DNA of 35,328 nucleotides from an uncultured Roseburia sp. (GTDB lineage Bacteria; Bacillota; Clostridia; Lachnospirales; Lachnospiraceae), in NCBI GenBank assembly GCA_947385255.1, contig CANDKL010000001.1, forward strand, positions 1-35,328. The letters are read 5' to 3'. A program made the position numbers and the translations under genes. Below are positions 8,745 to 17,741 of this stretch, piece by piece. A model generated the notes under the pieces. It saw nothing but the letters and a program-made list of their open reading frames with translations. It had not been told where the DNA came from and searched no databases. Every line of letters begins with the position of its first letter. Position 1 is the stretch's first letter.

Positions 8745-10472
8745 ATGGACGCACAGGAATTATATCATTTTTGGATGGAGGATCCGTATTTTGATGCGGA
8801 AACCAAAAAAGAGCTGGCAGCGATTGCCGGAGACAGGAAGGAGATTGAGGATCGGTTTTACCGGGAGCTGGAATTTGGTACGGGCGGTCTGCGCGGCGTG
8901 CTGGGGGCAGGCACTAACCGGATGAATATCTATACGGTGCGCAAGGCTACGCAGGGACTGGCCAATTATATCAAAAAGGAAGGGATGGAAGCAAAGGGGG
9001 CGGCTATCGCGTATGACAGCCGGCACAAGTCGGCGCTGTTTGCAGAGGAAGCGGCGCGGTGCTTCGCAGCAAACGGGATCCGGGCCTTTCTTTTTTCCGA
9101 TCTGCGGCCGACGCCGATGCTGTCTTTTGCGCTGCGCCGTCTGGGCTGTGCAGCGGGCATTGCGATTACCGCAAGCCATAATCCGGCGGAATACAACGGA
9201 TACAAGGTATACTGGGAGGACGGCGGGCAGATTACACCGCCGAGAGATCGGGAGATCATCAAGGAAGTGCGTGCCGTTACGGATTTCGGACAGGTGCATA
9301 CCATGTCCAGGCAGGATGCGGTAAAGGCAGGTCTGTATACGGAAATTCCGGCAGAGGTGGAGGATGCCTACATGGAAGAGCTAAAGAGGCTTTCCGTTCA
9401 CCCAGAGCTGATTCGCGCAGAGGCGGAGCATCTGAAAATTGCCTATACGCCGCTGCATGGCACCGGAAATCTTCCGGTCCGGCGGATTTTAAAGGAGCTG
9501 GGATTTACGCAGGTCTATGTGGTGAAGGAGCAGGAGCTGCCCGACGGTGCGTTTCCGACCGTTTTCTGTCCCAACCCGGAGGACAGGGATGCGTTTGCGC
9601 TTGCTTTGAGGCTGGCTGAGGAGGTCGATGCGGATATTGTGCTGGCAACCGATCCGGATGCAGACCGCCTGGGCGTTTATGCGAGGGACAGAACCGACGG
9701 CAGCTATAAAAGCTTTACCGGAAATATGACCGGAATGCTGATTTTGGAATACATTTTGTCCCGGAAAAAGGAGCTTGGCCTGCTGCCCGAAAACGGCGCG
9801 GTCGTAACGACGATTGTGTCCGGCAAGATGGCAAAGCCGATTACGGAGGAATACGGGGTGAAGCTGCTCGAAACGCTTACCGGTTTCAAATATATCGGGG
9901 AGCAGATCAAATTCTTTGAACGGGATCACAGCTTTACGTTTCTGTTTGGCTATGAGGAAAGCTATGGCTGCCTGGTGGGGACGCACGCCAGAGATAAGGA
10001 CGCCGTAGCCGCCGTGATGGCGCTGTGCGAGGTGGCCGCCTGGTGCAAAAGCCGCGGCGAAACGCTGTGCGATCAGATGAATCGCCTGTTTGAAAAATAC
10101 GGCTTTTATCAGGAGACGCTGTTTACGGTTACCTTAAAGGGGCAGGACGGGGCAGAGCAGATGGCGGCTATGCTGGAGAACATAAGAAGGAATGTGCCGA
10201 GGCGGATTGGCCCGTATGCGGTTACGCAGTACCGGGATTACAGAGCGGATATCCGGATGGATGTTCAAACCGGGGAAACTGCATCGACCGGACTTCCAAA
10301 GTCAAATGTTTTGTATTTTGAGCTGGAGCATGAGGGCTGGTGCTGCATCCGCCCGTCCGGTACGGAGCCAAAAATGAAATGCTACGCCGGGGTAAAGGCA
10401 AAGAAGGAGGCGGAGGCGAAAGAGCGGCTGAGATGCGTGAGGGAAGCATTGACCCTTCTGCTGCACCAATAG
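8745..10472 (+). CDS. pgm: Phosphoglucomutase/phosphomannomutase (alpha-D-phosphohexomutase)
   Basis: FGTGGLRG, catalytic TASHNP, metal loop DPDADR, GYEESYG, RPSGTEPK. Confidence 0.93.
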   Translation: MDAQELYHFWMEDPYFDAETKKELAAIAGDRKEIEDRFYRELEFGTGGLRGVLGAGTNRMNIYTVRKATQGLANYIKKEGMEAKGAAIAYDSRHKSALFAEEAARCFAANGIRAFLFSDLRPTPMLSFALRRLGCAAGIAITASHNPAEYNGYKVYWEDGGQITPPRDREIIKEVRAVTDFGQVHTMSRQDAVKAGLYTEIPAEVEDAYMEELKRLSVHPELIRAEAEHLKIAYTPLHGTGNLPVRRILKELGFTQVYVVKEQELPDGAFPTVFCPNPEDRDAFALALRLAEEVDADIVLATDPDADRLGVYARDRTDGSYKSFTGNMTGMLILEYILSRKKELGLLPENGAVVTTIVSGKMAKPITEEYGVKLLETLTGFKYIGEQIKFFERDHSFTFLFGYEESYGCLVGTHARDKDAVAAVMALCEVAAWCKSRGETLCDQMNRLFEKYGFYQETLFTVTLKGQDGAEQMAAMLENIRRNVPRRIGPYAVTQYRDYRADIRMDVQTGETASTGLPKSNVLYFELEHEGWCCIRPSGTEPKMKCYAGVKAKKEAEAKERLRCVREALTLLLHQ

Positions 10473-10480
10473 CTGCAAGC

Positions 10481-11365
10481 TTATTCGATTCCGAAGTAGG
10501 CGTCGATCCCGTTTGCAATACCGGCGGCAATTTGATTCTGGTAATCGGCATCGGCCATGCTGCTGTCCTCAGAAGGATTTGTCATATAGCCCATTTCTAC
10601 AATCGTAACCGGAGTCTGGCACCAGTTGATGCCGGTCATGGTATCGGTTTCCCAGACGTACTGCCTGCTGCAGCCGGTTGCGGCGGAAAGCTCGTCCAGC
10701 ACATGCGTAGACAGGCTTTTGCTCTCGCTGTAAAGAGAGGCATTGTAGGGATTTTCCGCTGTCTGGCAGATGGTCATCGCACCGTTTACGCTGCTGTTTT
10801 CCGAGCCGTTGGCGTGGACGCGGATAAAAGCGTCTGCGCCTGCCTGGTTCGCAATTTCGGCGCGCTCGGCATTGCTGATATTGACGTCGTTGCTTTCCCG
10901 GATCATCAGCACCTCATAGCCTCTTGCCGTAAGCTCATCCCGAAGCTTTAAGGAAACTGCAAGCGTCAGCTCATATTCCGCGAGTCCGGTTGTCACGCCC
11001 CTGGTACCGCTCGCAACCTTGGCCTTTCGTTCCGAAGCGCCCGGGCCTATCGGCTCCGTTTCATTGTTGCCCTGCGCCTGATGTCCGGCGTCAATGGCAA
11101 CCAATAAGCCCGTACGTTCGCCCGGCAGAGGATTTTCCGTAACCGGTATGCGTTCCGGAGGTTCGGCAGCTTCCGTTTCGGGAGAGGGAAAAACGGCTTC
11201 GGTGGTTTCGGATGGCAGAGACTGTTCCGATTCTGTCCGCTGAGGGGGATCCTCCGCAGGAGTCTCCCGCTTCGCACAGGAGCACAGACAGAATAAGAAA
11301 AACAGCAGAAAAAACAGCATAAAAATCGGTAACAGGCATATTTTTTTGTTTGTGTGGTTCATCAT
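10481..11365 (-). CDS. N-acetylmuramoyl-L-alanine amidase (Amidase_3), probable lipoprotein
   Basis: Signal peptide ending LCSC (lipobox), Pro/Glu-rich linker, Zn ligands in IDAGH, E and VHAN, catalytic IVEMGY. Confidence 0.88.
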   Translation of the reverse strand: MMNHTNKKICLLPIFMLFFLLFFLFCLCSCAKRETPAEDPPQRTESEQSLPSETTEAVFPSPETEAAEPPERIPVTENPLPGERTGLLVAIDAGHQAQGNNETEPIGPGASERKAKVASGTRGVTTGLAEYELTLAVSLKLRDELTARGYEVLMIRESNDVNISNAERAEIANQAGADAFIRVHANGSENSSVNGAMTICQTAENPYNASLYSESKSLSTHVLDELSAATGCSRQYVWETDTMTGINWCQTPVTIVEMGYMTNPSEDSSMADADYQNQIAAGIANGIDAYFGIE

Positions 11366-11367
11366 CC

Positions 11368-11889
11368 TCAGAGCCTCTCAGGTTCGGGATATTCCACGCC
11401 GAACGTATCAACGGTTACCGTTTTCATTACCTGCTCCTCCAGAGGCCTGTCGGAATAATCAGTAGTTGCCCCGGCAATGCGGTCCACCACCTCCATACCT
11501 TCTGTCACTTTTCCAAACGCCGCATAAGCGCCGTCTAAATGCGGACTGTCCTGATGCATGATAAAGAACTGGCTTCCTGCGGAATCTGGCATCATAGAAC
11601 GCGCCATAGAAAGGACGCCGGCGGTATGCTTTAAATCATTGGAAAAACCATTCTGGGCAAATTCACCCCGGATTCCGTAGCCTGGCCCTCCCATGCCGCT
11701 TCCCTGCGGGTCGCCGCCCTGGATCATAAAGCCTTTGATGACACGGTGGAAAATCAGCCCGTCGTAAAACCTTTGGTTCACAAGGCTGATAAAGTTATTC
11801 ACTGTGTTTGGCGCGGTTTCTGGGTAGAGCTCGGCTTTTATTATGCCGCCGTTTTCCATTTCAATTGTTATAATTGGATTTTGTGCCAT
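11368..11889 (-). CDS. ppiB: Cyclophilin-type peptidyl-prolyl cis-trans isomerase
   Basis: [37 protein letters not shown]. Confidence 0.92.
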   Translation of the reverse strand: MAQNPIITIEMENGGIIKAELYPETAPNTVNNFISLVNQRFYDGLIFHRVIKGFMIQGGDPQGSGMGGPGYGIRGEFAQNGFSNDLKHTAGVLSMARSMMPDSAGSQFFIMHQDSPHLDGAYAAFGKVTEGMEVVDRIAGATTDYSDRPLEEQVMKTVTVDTFGVEYPEPERL

Positions 11890-11965
11890 ATTTGAACCTC
11901 CTGAAATTTTCTGGGGAATATTGTAGCATATTATACAGAAAAAACAAGAGTCATTTTGAAATCGG

Positions 11966-13066
11966 TTACCTTTGGACCCTGGCTCCCTTCCCGTTTACCA
12001 GCGCTTCCACTTCTTTTAAGCTTGCCATTGTAGTATCCCCCGGCGTAGTCATTGCCAAAGCGCCATGCGCGGCCCCGTAATCGACCGCCGTCTGCGGATC
12101 CCCGGTTTCCATCAACCCGTAAATCAGCCCTGACGCAAAAGAATCCCCTCCGCCGACACGGTCCAGAATTTCAAGGCTTTTGTAATCCTTTGACCGGTAT
12201 AGGGTATGATCTGCCCAGCAGATGGCGCCCCAGTCATTCACGGTTGCCGTTTTAACCGTACGTAAGGTAGTTGCGATAGCTTTAAAATTCGGATAGGCGT
12301 CTGCCGCCCGATGGATCATGTTCTGGTATCCGCTTAGGTTCAATTCCTTTAAATCAGCGTCATTCCCTTCAATTTCAAAACCCAGGCATGCAGTAAAATC
12401 TTCTTCATTTCCAATCATAACATCCACATAGGATGCAATTTCTTTGTTGACCTCCCGCGCCTTTTGCTGGCCTCCAATGGCATCCCACATGGACGGCCGG
12501 TAATTGAGGTCATAGGACACGACAGTGCCGTATTTTTTTGCGGTTTTGATTGCGGCAAGGGCCGTTTCACAGGACTGCTCGGAAAGCGCCGCATAAATGC
12601 CTCCGGTGTGAAGCCAGCGTACGCCTAATTTACCGAATATCGTCTCAAAATCAAAGTCATTTGGAGTGGCCCCCGAAATGGCCGTATTCGCCCGGTCCGA
12701 ACAGCCCTTTGCACCGCGGACGCCAAAACCGCGTTCCGTAAAATTAATTCCGTTCCGGCAGGTACGCCCGATGCCGTCTGTTTTCATCCATGTAACCAAG
12801 GATGTGTCAACGCCGCCCTGCAGAATCAAATCTTCTATCAGCAAACCGGCTTCATTATCCGCAAGGGCTGTAATCACAGCAGTAGAAAGGCCAAAGCATC
12901 TGCGCAGGCCCCGTGCGACATTGTATTCCCCGCCTCCTTCCCATACGCGGAAATTTCTGGCTGTGCGTATTCTTCCCTCGCCCGGATCGAAGCGGAGCAT
13001 GACCTCGCCCAGGGAAACAGCGTCATATTTGCATTCCTTTTTTGATCTTAAATTCAAATTCATCAT
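11966..13066 (-). CDS. kdgK: 2-keto-3-deoxygluconate kinase (PfkB family)
   Basis: GEVMLR, GGGEYNVA, YDLNYRPS.W, DRVGGGDSF; divergent from uxaC. Confidence 0.85.
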   Translation of the reverse strand: MMNLNLRSKKECKYDAVSLGEVMLRFDPGEGRIRTARNFRVWEGGGEYNVARGLRRCFGLSTAVITALADNEAGLLIEDLILQGGVDTSLVTWMKTDGIGRTCRNGINFTERGFGVRGAKGCSDRANTAISGATPNDFDFETIFGKLGVRWLHTGGIYAALSEQSCETALAAIKTAKKYGTVVSYDLNYRPSMWDAIGGQQKAREVNKEIASYVDVMIGNEEDFTACLGFEIEGNDADLKELNLSGYQNMIHRAADAYPNFKAIATTLRTVKTATVNDWGAICWADHTLYRSKDYKSLEILDRVGGGDSFASGLIYGLMETGDPQTAVDYGAAHGALAMTTPGDTTMASLKEVEALVNGKGARVQR

Positions 13067-13111
13067 CTGCGCCTCCTGTATCTGCCGGATAGTAAACGGC
13101 AGGCTATCAAA

Positions 13112-13220
13112 TTTATACGTTTTATACGTTGTATCATAGGTTTCAATTTTTTCCCGATTTTTATACGTGATGCCGTTAAAAAGATACAGGTCTAGTATTC
13201 CTGTCCGGATGGAGTACTAG
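13112..13220. promoter_or_regulatory. Repeated and palindromic motifs in the kdgK/uxaC divergent control region
   Basis: TTTATACGT at 13112-13120, 13121-13129 and 13160-13168; inverted repeat CTAGTATTCC (13192-13201) / GGAGTACTAG (13211-13220). Confidence 0.4.
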
Positions 13221-13322
13221 TATGAATGGTATTTTTGAATCCAGAATGGGGCACAATGTGATCAGTGGATCCGGGCGTACGGTTTTTGTACTTACATAAA
13301 AATCAGAAGGGATAGCGAAAAA

Positions 13323-14723
13323 ATGAAAGCTTTTATGGATGAAAATTTTCTGTTAGACACGGAATGTGCCAGGATGCTGTACCACAATTATGCCAAACCA
13401 ATGCCGATTCTCGATTACCACTGCCACATCGATCCCCGGGAGATTGCAGACGATCGGCGCTTTCGGAATATGACGGAGCTGTGGCTTTCAGGCGATCATT
13501 ATAAATGGCGGCAGATGCGCTCAAACGGGGTGGAGGAATACTATATTACAGGCCCTGCGCCGGATCGCGAGAAATTTCAGAAATGGGCCGAAACGCTGGA
13601 AAAGCTGATTGGAAATCCTCTGTACCATTGGTCGCATCTGGAGCTAAAGAGGTATTTTGGATATGAGGGGTATTTAAACGGAGATACGGCAGAGGAGGTA
13701 TGGCAGCTTTGCAATGCAAAGCTAAAGGAGCCTGGCATGAGCGCCCGCGGGCTGATCCGGCAGTCCGGTGTCACATTGATTTGTACGACAGACGATCCGG
13801 TGGACTCCCTGGAGGGACATGAAGTCATCCGCAGGGACGCGTCATTTGATGTCAGGGTATTGCCGGCATGGCGGCCGGATCGGGTGGTAAATGCGGAAGC
13901 GGATGCTTTTTTGGATTACGTGAAGGAGCTTGGGCGGGCAGGCGGCGTGGAAATTCAGAGCCTTGCCGATTTGAAGTGTGCGCTGATAAACCGGATGGAT
14001 TATTTCGGAAAAAAAGGATGCGTGGTGTCGGATCATGGACTGGATTTTGTGGTATATGCGCCGGCGGCATCGGAGGAAGCAGAGGCGGTGTTTCAGAAGG
14101 CGGTTCGGGGAGAGGCTTTAACCGGAAAGGAAATTGCGGTATATAAGACGGCGCTGCTGCTGTTTTTGGGCAGGGAATACTGCCGCAGGGGCTGGGTGAT
14201 GCAGCTGCATTTTGGGTGCAGGCGCAACAACAACAGGGCCATGTTTGAAAAATTAGGGCCGGACAGTGGATTTGACTGTATCGGCCAGAATACCTCAGCG
14301 GAGCAGCTAGCCGGATTCTTAAATGCGCTGGCCTATACGGATGAGCTGCCGAGGACCATTCTCTATTCGTTAAATCCGGGAGACAACGCATTGATTGGGA
14401 CAGTTCTGGGCTGCTTTTCTGATTCTGCTACAGCCGGAAAGGTGCAGCAGGGGGCGGCGTGGTGGTTTAACGATCATAAAATAGGGCTGACAGAGCAGAT
14501 GACGTCTTTGGCAAATCTGGGGATTCTGAGCAATTTTGTAGGAATGCTTACAGATTCGAGGAGCTTTTTATCTTATACAAGGCACGAGTATTTTCGGAGG
14601 ATTTTGTGCGGTCTGATTGGGGGCTGGGTGGAAAACGGGGAGTATCCTTATGACGAAAAGGTGCTGGGGAACGTGATCCGGGGCATTTGCTATGAGAATG
14701 CGGCGGCGTATTTTGGATTTTGA
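13323..14723 (+). CDS. uxaC: Glucuronate (uronate) isomerase
   Basis: PILDYHCH, GDHYKWRQMRSNG, GNPLYHWSHLEL, CTTDDP, AWWFNDH, MLTDSRSFLSYTRHEYFRR. Confidence 0.96.
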   Translation: MKAFMDENFLLDTECARMLYHNYAKPMPILDYHCHIDPREIADDRRFRNMTELWLSGDHYKWRQMRSNGVEEYYITGPAPDREKFQKWAETLEKLIGNPLYHWSHLELKRYFGYEGYLNGDTAEEVWQLCNAKLKEPGMSARGLIRQSGVTLICTTDDPVDSLEGHEVIRRDASFDVRVLPAWRPDRVVNAEADAFLDYVKELGRAGGVEIQSLADLKCALINRMDYFGKKGCVVSDHGLDFVVYAPAASEEAEAVFQKAVRGEALTGKEIAVYKTALLLFLGREYCRRGWVMQLHFGCRRNNNRAMFEKLGPDSGFDCIGQNTSAEQLAGFLNALAYTDELPRTILYSLNPGDNALIGTVLGCFSDSATAGKVQQGAAWWFNDHKIGLTEQMTSLANLGILSNFVGMLTDSRSFLSYTRHEYFRRILCGLIGGWVENGEYPYDEKVLGNVIRGICYENAAAYFGF

Positions 14724-14755
14724 TATAGAACACAGAGAAAAAATAAAATTGCATA

Positions 14756-14784
14756 TTGACAAGATGGAAAAGCTATAGTATGAT
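14756..14784 (+). promoter_or_regulatory. sigma-A promoter of the tRNA-Thr gene
   Basis: TTGACA (14756-14761), 17 bp, TATGAT (14779-14784), with an A-rich UP-like tract upstream. Confidence 0.8.
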
Positions 14785-14810
14785 ATTTTTTGTTGAGGCA
14801 ATCAACAGAC

Positions 14811-14883
14811 GCTGGCATGGCTCAGTCGGTAGAGCGTCGCATTGGTAGTGCGGAGGTCACGGGTTCGATTCCCGTTGCCAGCT
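14811..14883 (+). tRNA. tRNA-Thr (anticodon GGT)
   Basis: Cloverleaf: acceptor GCTGGCA/TGCCAGC, D arm GCTC/GAGC, anticodon stem TCGCA/TGCGG with loop TT-GGT-AG (GGT at 14844-14846), T arm ACGGG-TTCGATT-CCCGT. CCA is not encoded. Confidence 0.96.
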
Positions 14884-14887
14884 TTTC

Positions 14888-14912
14888 AAACCTTGATTTT
14901 TCAAGGTTTTTT
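14888..14912 (+). terminator. Terminator-like hairpin after tRNA-Thr
   Basis: AAACCTTGA-TTTT-TCAAGGTTT followed by T residues. Confidence 0.6.
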
Positions 14913-15017
14913 ATTTTGGAAAATGAACAAAACAAAGAAAAAGAAAAGCTGCAAAAGGTAGCGGATAATCTTCAGCAGACGTTAGAAGATTAAGAAAATA
15001 GATAAGAGCTGCAAATC

Positions 15018-15062
15018 AAGGTGCAGAGTCGTTCTTGCATGAGAAAGACGCTGCACCTTTTT
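15018..15062. terminator. Extended hairpin, probable bidirectional terminator
   Basis: AAGGTGCAG (15018-15026) / CTGCACCTT (15051-15059) with inner GTC/GAC and TTCT/AGAA pairs and a T tail. Confidence 0.5.
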
Positions 15063-15113
15063 CGTTTGCAAAAATCATGGGCGGCAGCTGGAACAGCCCA
15101 AAGCGCCGGAGCC

Positions 15114-15548
15114 CTATAAATAGGCGCGTAAGTCCTCGCAGAGCGTATTTTCGATGGAAATCAGGCGTTTGCAGATATCCCGGGAGGGCTCGTTTGCGGC
15201 GTCGTACTCATTTAGATACTTGTAAAGCGATTTGATTCCCATATTGCAGCCGTCGGTAATCAAAGCTGCAACGGTGGAATCCTGGTGATCCATGCTCATT
15301 TTCATATTGGTTTTCATCCATGACATGCCCTTGGCCATAGGAGACGGATCCTTTCCTTCACTCTGGCAGTCCAAAAGCATGGCGTGCAGCTCATTGCCAA
15401 GCGTTTCGTGATGCTCCTTGCTTTCGGACAGGAGCTGCTTTAAGCCGGAATCCCGAACCTCCTCTAAAATTTCATCAATAGAAGAAACGGCCATTTTGGT
15501 GCCGGAATCGCATTCCTTGAGCAGCTGGATGGTATCGTTGTTAATCAT
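15114..15548 (-). CDS. Hypothetical helical protein, possibly ferritin-like four-helix bundle
   Basis: 144 aa, strong RBS AAGGAGGT, amphipathic helical pattern. The fold is inferred only. Confidence 0.7.
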   Translation of the reverse strand: MINNDTIQLLKECDSGTKMAVSSIDEILEEVRDSGLKQLLSESKEHHETLGNELHAMLLDCQSEGKDPSPMAKGMSWMKTNMKMSMDHQDSTVAALITDGCNMGIKSLYKYLNEYDAANEPSRDICKRLISIENTLCEDLRAYL

Positions 15549-15603
15549 AAAAAGACCTCCTTTTTTCTTTTTAATAGTTGGCGATTTTTAATCACTGGAT
15601 ATA

Positions 15604-15633
15604 TAGTATGTCCGAAGAACGGAGAAGCTATAC
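15604..15633 (-). promoter_or_regulatory. Putative sigma-G/F-type (sporulation) promoter
   Basis: On the minus strand: GTATA (15633-15629), 18 bp, CATACTA (15610-15604), matching the B. subtilis sigma-G consensus. Confidence 0.5.
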
Positions 15634-15638
15634 GCGGC

Positions 15639-15667
15639 TTGCTTTTTTGGATGACCCGGTTTATAAT
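15639..15667 (+). promoter_or_regulatory. sigma-A promoter for the foldase-like/DUF4250/GH13 unit
   Basis: TTGCTT (15639-15644), 17 bp, TATAAT (15662-15667). Confidence 0.65.
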
Positions 15668-15695
15668 GGCAGAAGCAGAAGAAAGGAGGTTACAG

Positions 15696-16157
15696 ATGGA
15701 TGACAGGGTTTTGGCAGTAGCGGCAGGGCACGAGATTACAAAGCGGGAACTGGATAGCCTGATTGCGAATTACCCGGCAAAGCAGCAGGCGTATTTTTCA
15801 AACCCGAAGGCAAAGGACGAGCTTTTGGAGCAGCTGATCGGGTTTTACCTGTTTTCTAAGCTGGCGGAGGAGCAGCACATCCGGGAAAGCCGGGAATATC
15901 AGGAAACGCTGGCGAAGATGGGAAACGAGCTGGCGAGCCATATGGCGGCGACCGGTGTGATGAACCAGGTGACGGTGGACGAGGCAGAGGCAAAATCCTA
16001 TTTTGACGCGCATCCGTCGCAGTTTCAAGGTGAAACCAGATTTTCCGATATCAAAGAGCAGCTTTCCGAAAAGCTTTTGCAGCAGAAAAAGCAGGAGGTA
16101 TATTTTAAGACGGTACAAAAGCTGGAAGCAAAATATGGAGTAGAGAGGAAGTATTAG
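15696..16157 (+). CDS. PrsA/SurA-like chaperone-domain protein lacking the parvulin PPIase domain
   Basis: RBS AAAGGAGGT before ATG 15696. 'VLAVAAGHEIT', 'VDEAEAKSYFDAHPSQF' and 'FSDIKEQLSEKLLQQKKQE...LEAKYGVE' match the N- and C-terminal chaperone helices of PrsA-like foldases; the intervening SHIL...G rotamase domain is absent. Confidence 0.7.
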   Translation: MDDRVLAVAAGHEITKRELDSLIANYPAKQQAYFSNPKAKDELLEQLIGFYLFSKLAEEQHIRESREYQETLAKMGNELASHMAATGVMNQVTVDEAEAKSYFDAHPSQFQGETRFSDIKEQLSEKLLQQKKQEVYFKTVQKLEAKYGVERKY

Positions 16158-16158
16158 G

Positions 16159-16341
16159 ATGGAGATGTCAGTACCAAAGGATCCGGTGATGCTTTTGAGC
16201 TATGTCAATACGCAGCTTCGGGATTACTACAGCTCTCTGGAGGAGCTTTGCCGGGCGGCGGATGTGCCCCAGGCAGAAATCACAGAGAAGCTGGCTGGAA
16301 TTGATTATCGGTATGATGCGGCAGTAAATCAGTTTGTTTAA
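16159..16341 (+). CDS. DUF4250 domain small protein
   Basis: 'PKDPVMLLSYVNTQLRDYYSSLEELC...IDYRYD...NQF' is the characteristic pattern. Confidence 0.85.
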   Translation: MEMSVPKDPVMLLSYVNTQLRDYYSSLEELCRAADVPQAEITEKLAGIDYRYDAAVNQFV

Positions 16342-16360
16342 AGAAAAGGAGACAGAAATT

Positions 16361-17671
16361 ATGTGGGCATACGAAAGTGTATTTTATCAGATTTATCCGT
16401 TGGGCTTTTGCGGAGCGCCGTATGAAAACGATGGGGCGCCTGCGCACCGGATTTTAAAGGTGAAGGAATGGATCCCTCATATCAAAAAGCTGGGCGCAAA
16501 CGCCGTTTATTTTTCCCCGGTGTTTGAATCGGATACGCATGGATATAATACAAGGGATTATCAGAAGATTGACTGCCGTTTGGGGACGAATGCGGATTTT
16601 AAAGAGGTTTGCGACGCGCTGCACAGTGAGGGCATCCGGGTTGTTTTGGACGGCGTGTTTAACCATGTGGGCAGAGGCTTTACGGCATTTTTGGATGTTC
16701 TGAAAAACCGGGAAAATTCGCCGTATAAGGATTGGTTTTACATTGATTTCGGCGGCAATTCCGGATACAATGACGGGCTTTGGTATGAGGGCTGGGAAGG
16801 CAATTATGATTTGGTGAAGCTGAATCTTTCCAATCCGGCAGTGGTGGAGCATATTTTTGCCGCGGTGAAAGGCTGGGTGGAGGAATTTGACATTGACGGA
16901 TTACGGCTTGACGTGGCGTATTGCCTGACGCCGGATTTTCTGCGGCAGCTCCGCCGGTTTACGGACGGCTTAAAGGAAGAATTCTTTTTGGTCGGGGAGA
17001 CGCTGCATGGGGATTATAAGCAGTGGATGAATCCCGAAATGCTGCATTCAGTGACGAATTACGAGTGCTATAAGGGGCTGTATTCCAGCTTTAATTCCAT
17101 GAATCTGTTTGAGATTGTGCACTCTCTGCTCCGGCAGTTCGGACCGGAGGAATGGACGCTTTATAAGGGGCAGCATATGCTGTCGTTTGTGGACAACCAT
17201 GATGTGACGAGGATTGCTTCAAATCTTACGGAGGAGAAGCATTTGCCGCTGATTTATGCGCTGGCGTTCGGCATGCCGGGGATTCCGTGTGTGTATTATG
17301 GAAGCGAGTGGGGAGCGAAGGCGAGGAAGGAGGAAGGCGATCCGGCGCTTCGGGCCTGCTTTGAGGCGCCGTTGGAAAATGAGCTGACCGAGTGGATTGG
17401 GAAGCTGGCGGAGGCGAAGAAGGCGTCGGAGGCGCTCAATTACGGAGACTTCCGGTCGGTGCTTTTGACGAATAAGCAGTGTATTTTTGAGAGGAAGACC
17501 AAGACAGAGCGCGTGCTTGTGGCAATCAATGCGGATGAAGAGGCATATCATGCGCATTTCGACGCAGGATGCGGAATGGCCGTGGACTTGATTACAGGAA
17601 AGGAGCATGACTTCGGAGGCGGAAGTCTGCTGCCGGGGTATAGCGCCAGCTTTTGGAAGATGGAGAGATAA
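16361..17671 (+). CDS. Alpha-amylase family glycoside hydrolase (GH13; maltodextrin glucosidase/neopullulanase-like)
   Basis: LDGVFNH, catalytic GLRLDVA, VGE and FVDNHD. RBS AAGGAGA before ATG 16361. No signal peptide. Confidence 0.9.
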   Translation: MWAYESVFYQIYPLGFCGAPYENDGAPAHRILKVKEWIPHIKKLGANAVYFSPVFESDTHGYNTRDYQKIDCRLGTNADFKEVCDALHSEGIRVVLDGVFNHVGRGFTAFLDVLKNRENSPYKDWFYIDFGGNSGYNDGLWYEGWEGNYDLVKLNLSNPAVVEHIFAAVKGWVEEFDIDGLRLDVAYCLTPDFLRQLRRFTDGLKEEFFLVGETLHGDYKQWMNPEMLHSVTNYECYKGLYSSFNSMNLFEIVHSLLRQFGPEEWTLYKGQHMLSFVDNHDVTRIASNLTEEKHLPLIYALAFGMPGIPCVYYGSEWGAKARKEEGDPALRACFEAPLENELTEWIGKLAEAKKASEALNYGDFRSVLLTNKQCIFERKTKTERVLVAINADEEAYHAHFDAGCGMAVDLITGKEHDFGGGSLLPGYSASFWKMER

Positions 17672-17695
17672 GACGGTTATTCCTTTGAAACGTAC

Positions 17696-17735
17696 AGCAG
17701 CATCCGGATTCAACTGGCCGGATGCTGCTTTCTTT
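17696..17735. terminator. Bidirectional terminator
   Basis: 12-bp perfect stem AGCAGCATCCGG/CCGGATGCTGCT with a T-rich tail, between convergent GH13 and proC. Confidence 0.75.
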
Positions 17736-17741
17736 CATGTA

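Noticed and set aside
13067-13216. About 50 stop-free codons in frame upstream of kdgK (possible N-terminal extension or eda remnant)
   Set aside because: No start codon with an RBS and no resemblance to Eda; kdgK has a good AGGAGG at its annotated start.
14790-14993. 67-aa ORF spanning the tRNA, with a coding-looking tail (LENEQNKEKEKLQKVADNLQQTLED)
   Set aside because: It overlaps tRNA-Thr and its terminator and has no RBS. The tail could be a gene remnant, but I cannot assign it.
14860-15110. Possible integrative-element att site at the tRNA-Thr 3' end
   Set aside because: There is no integrase and I found no duplicate of the tRNA 3' end elsewhere in the window.
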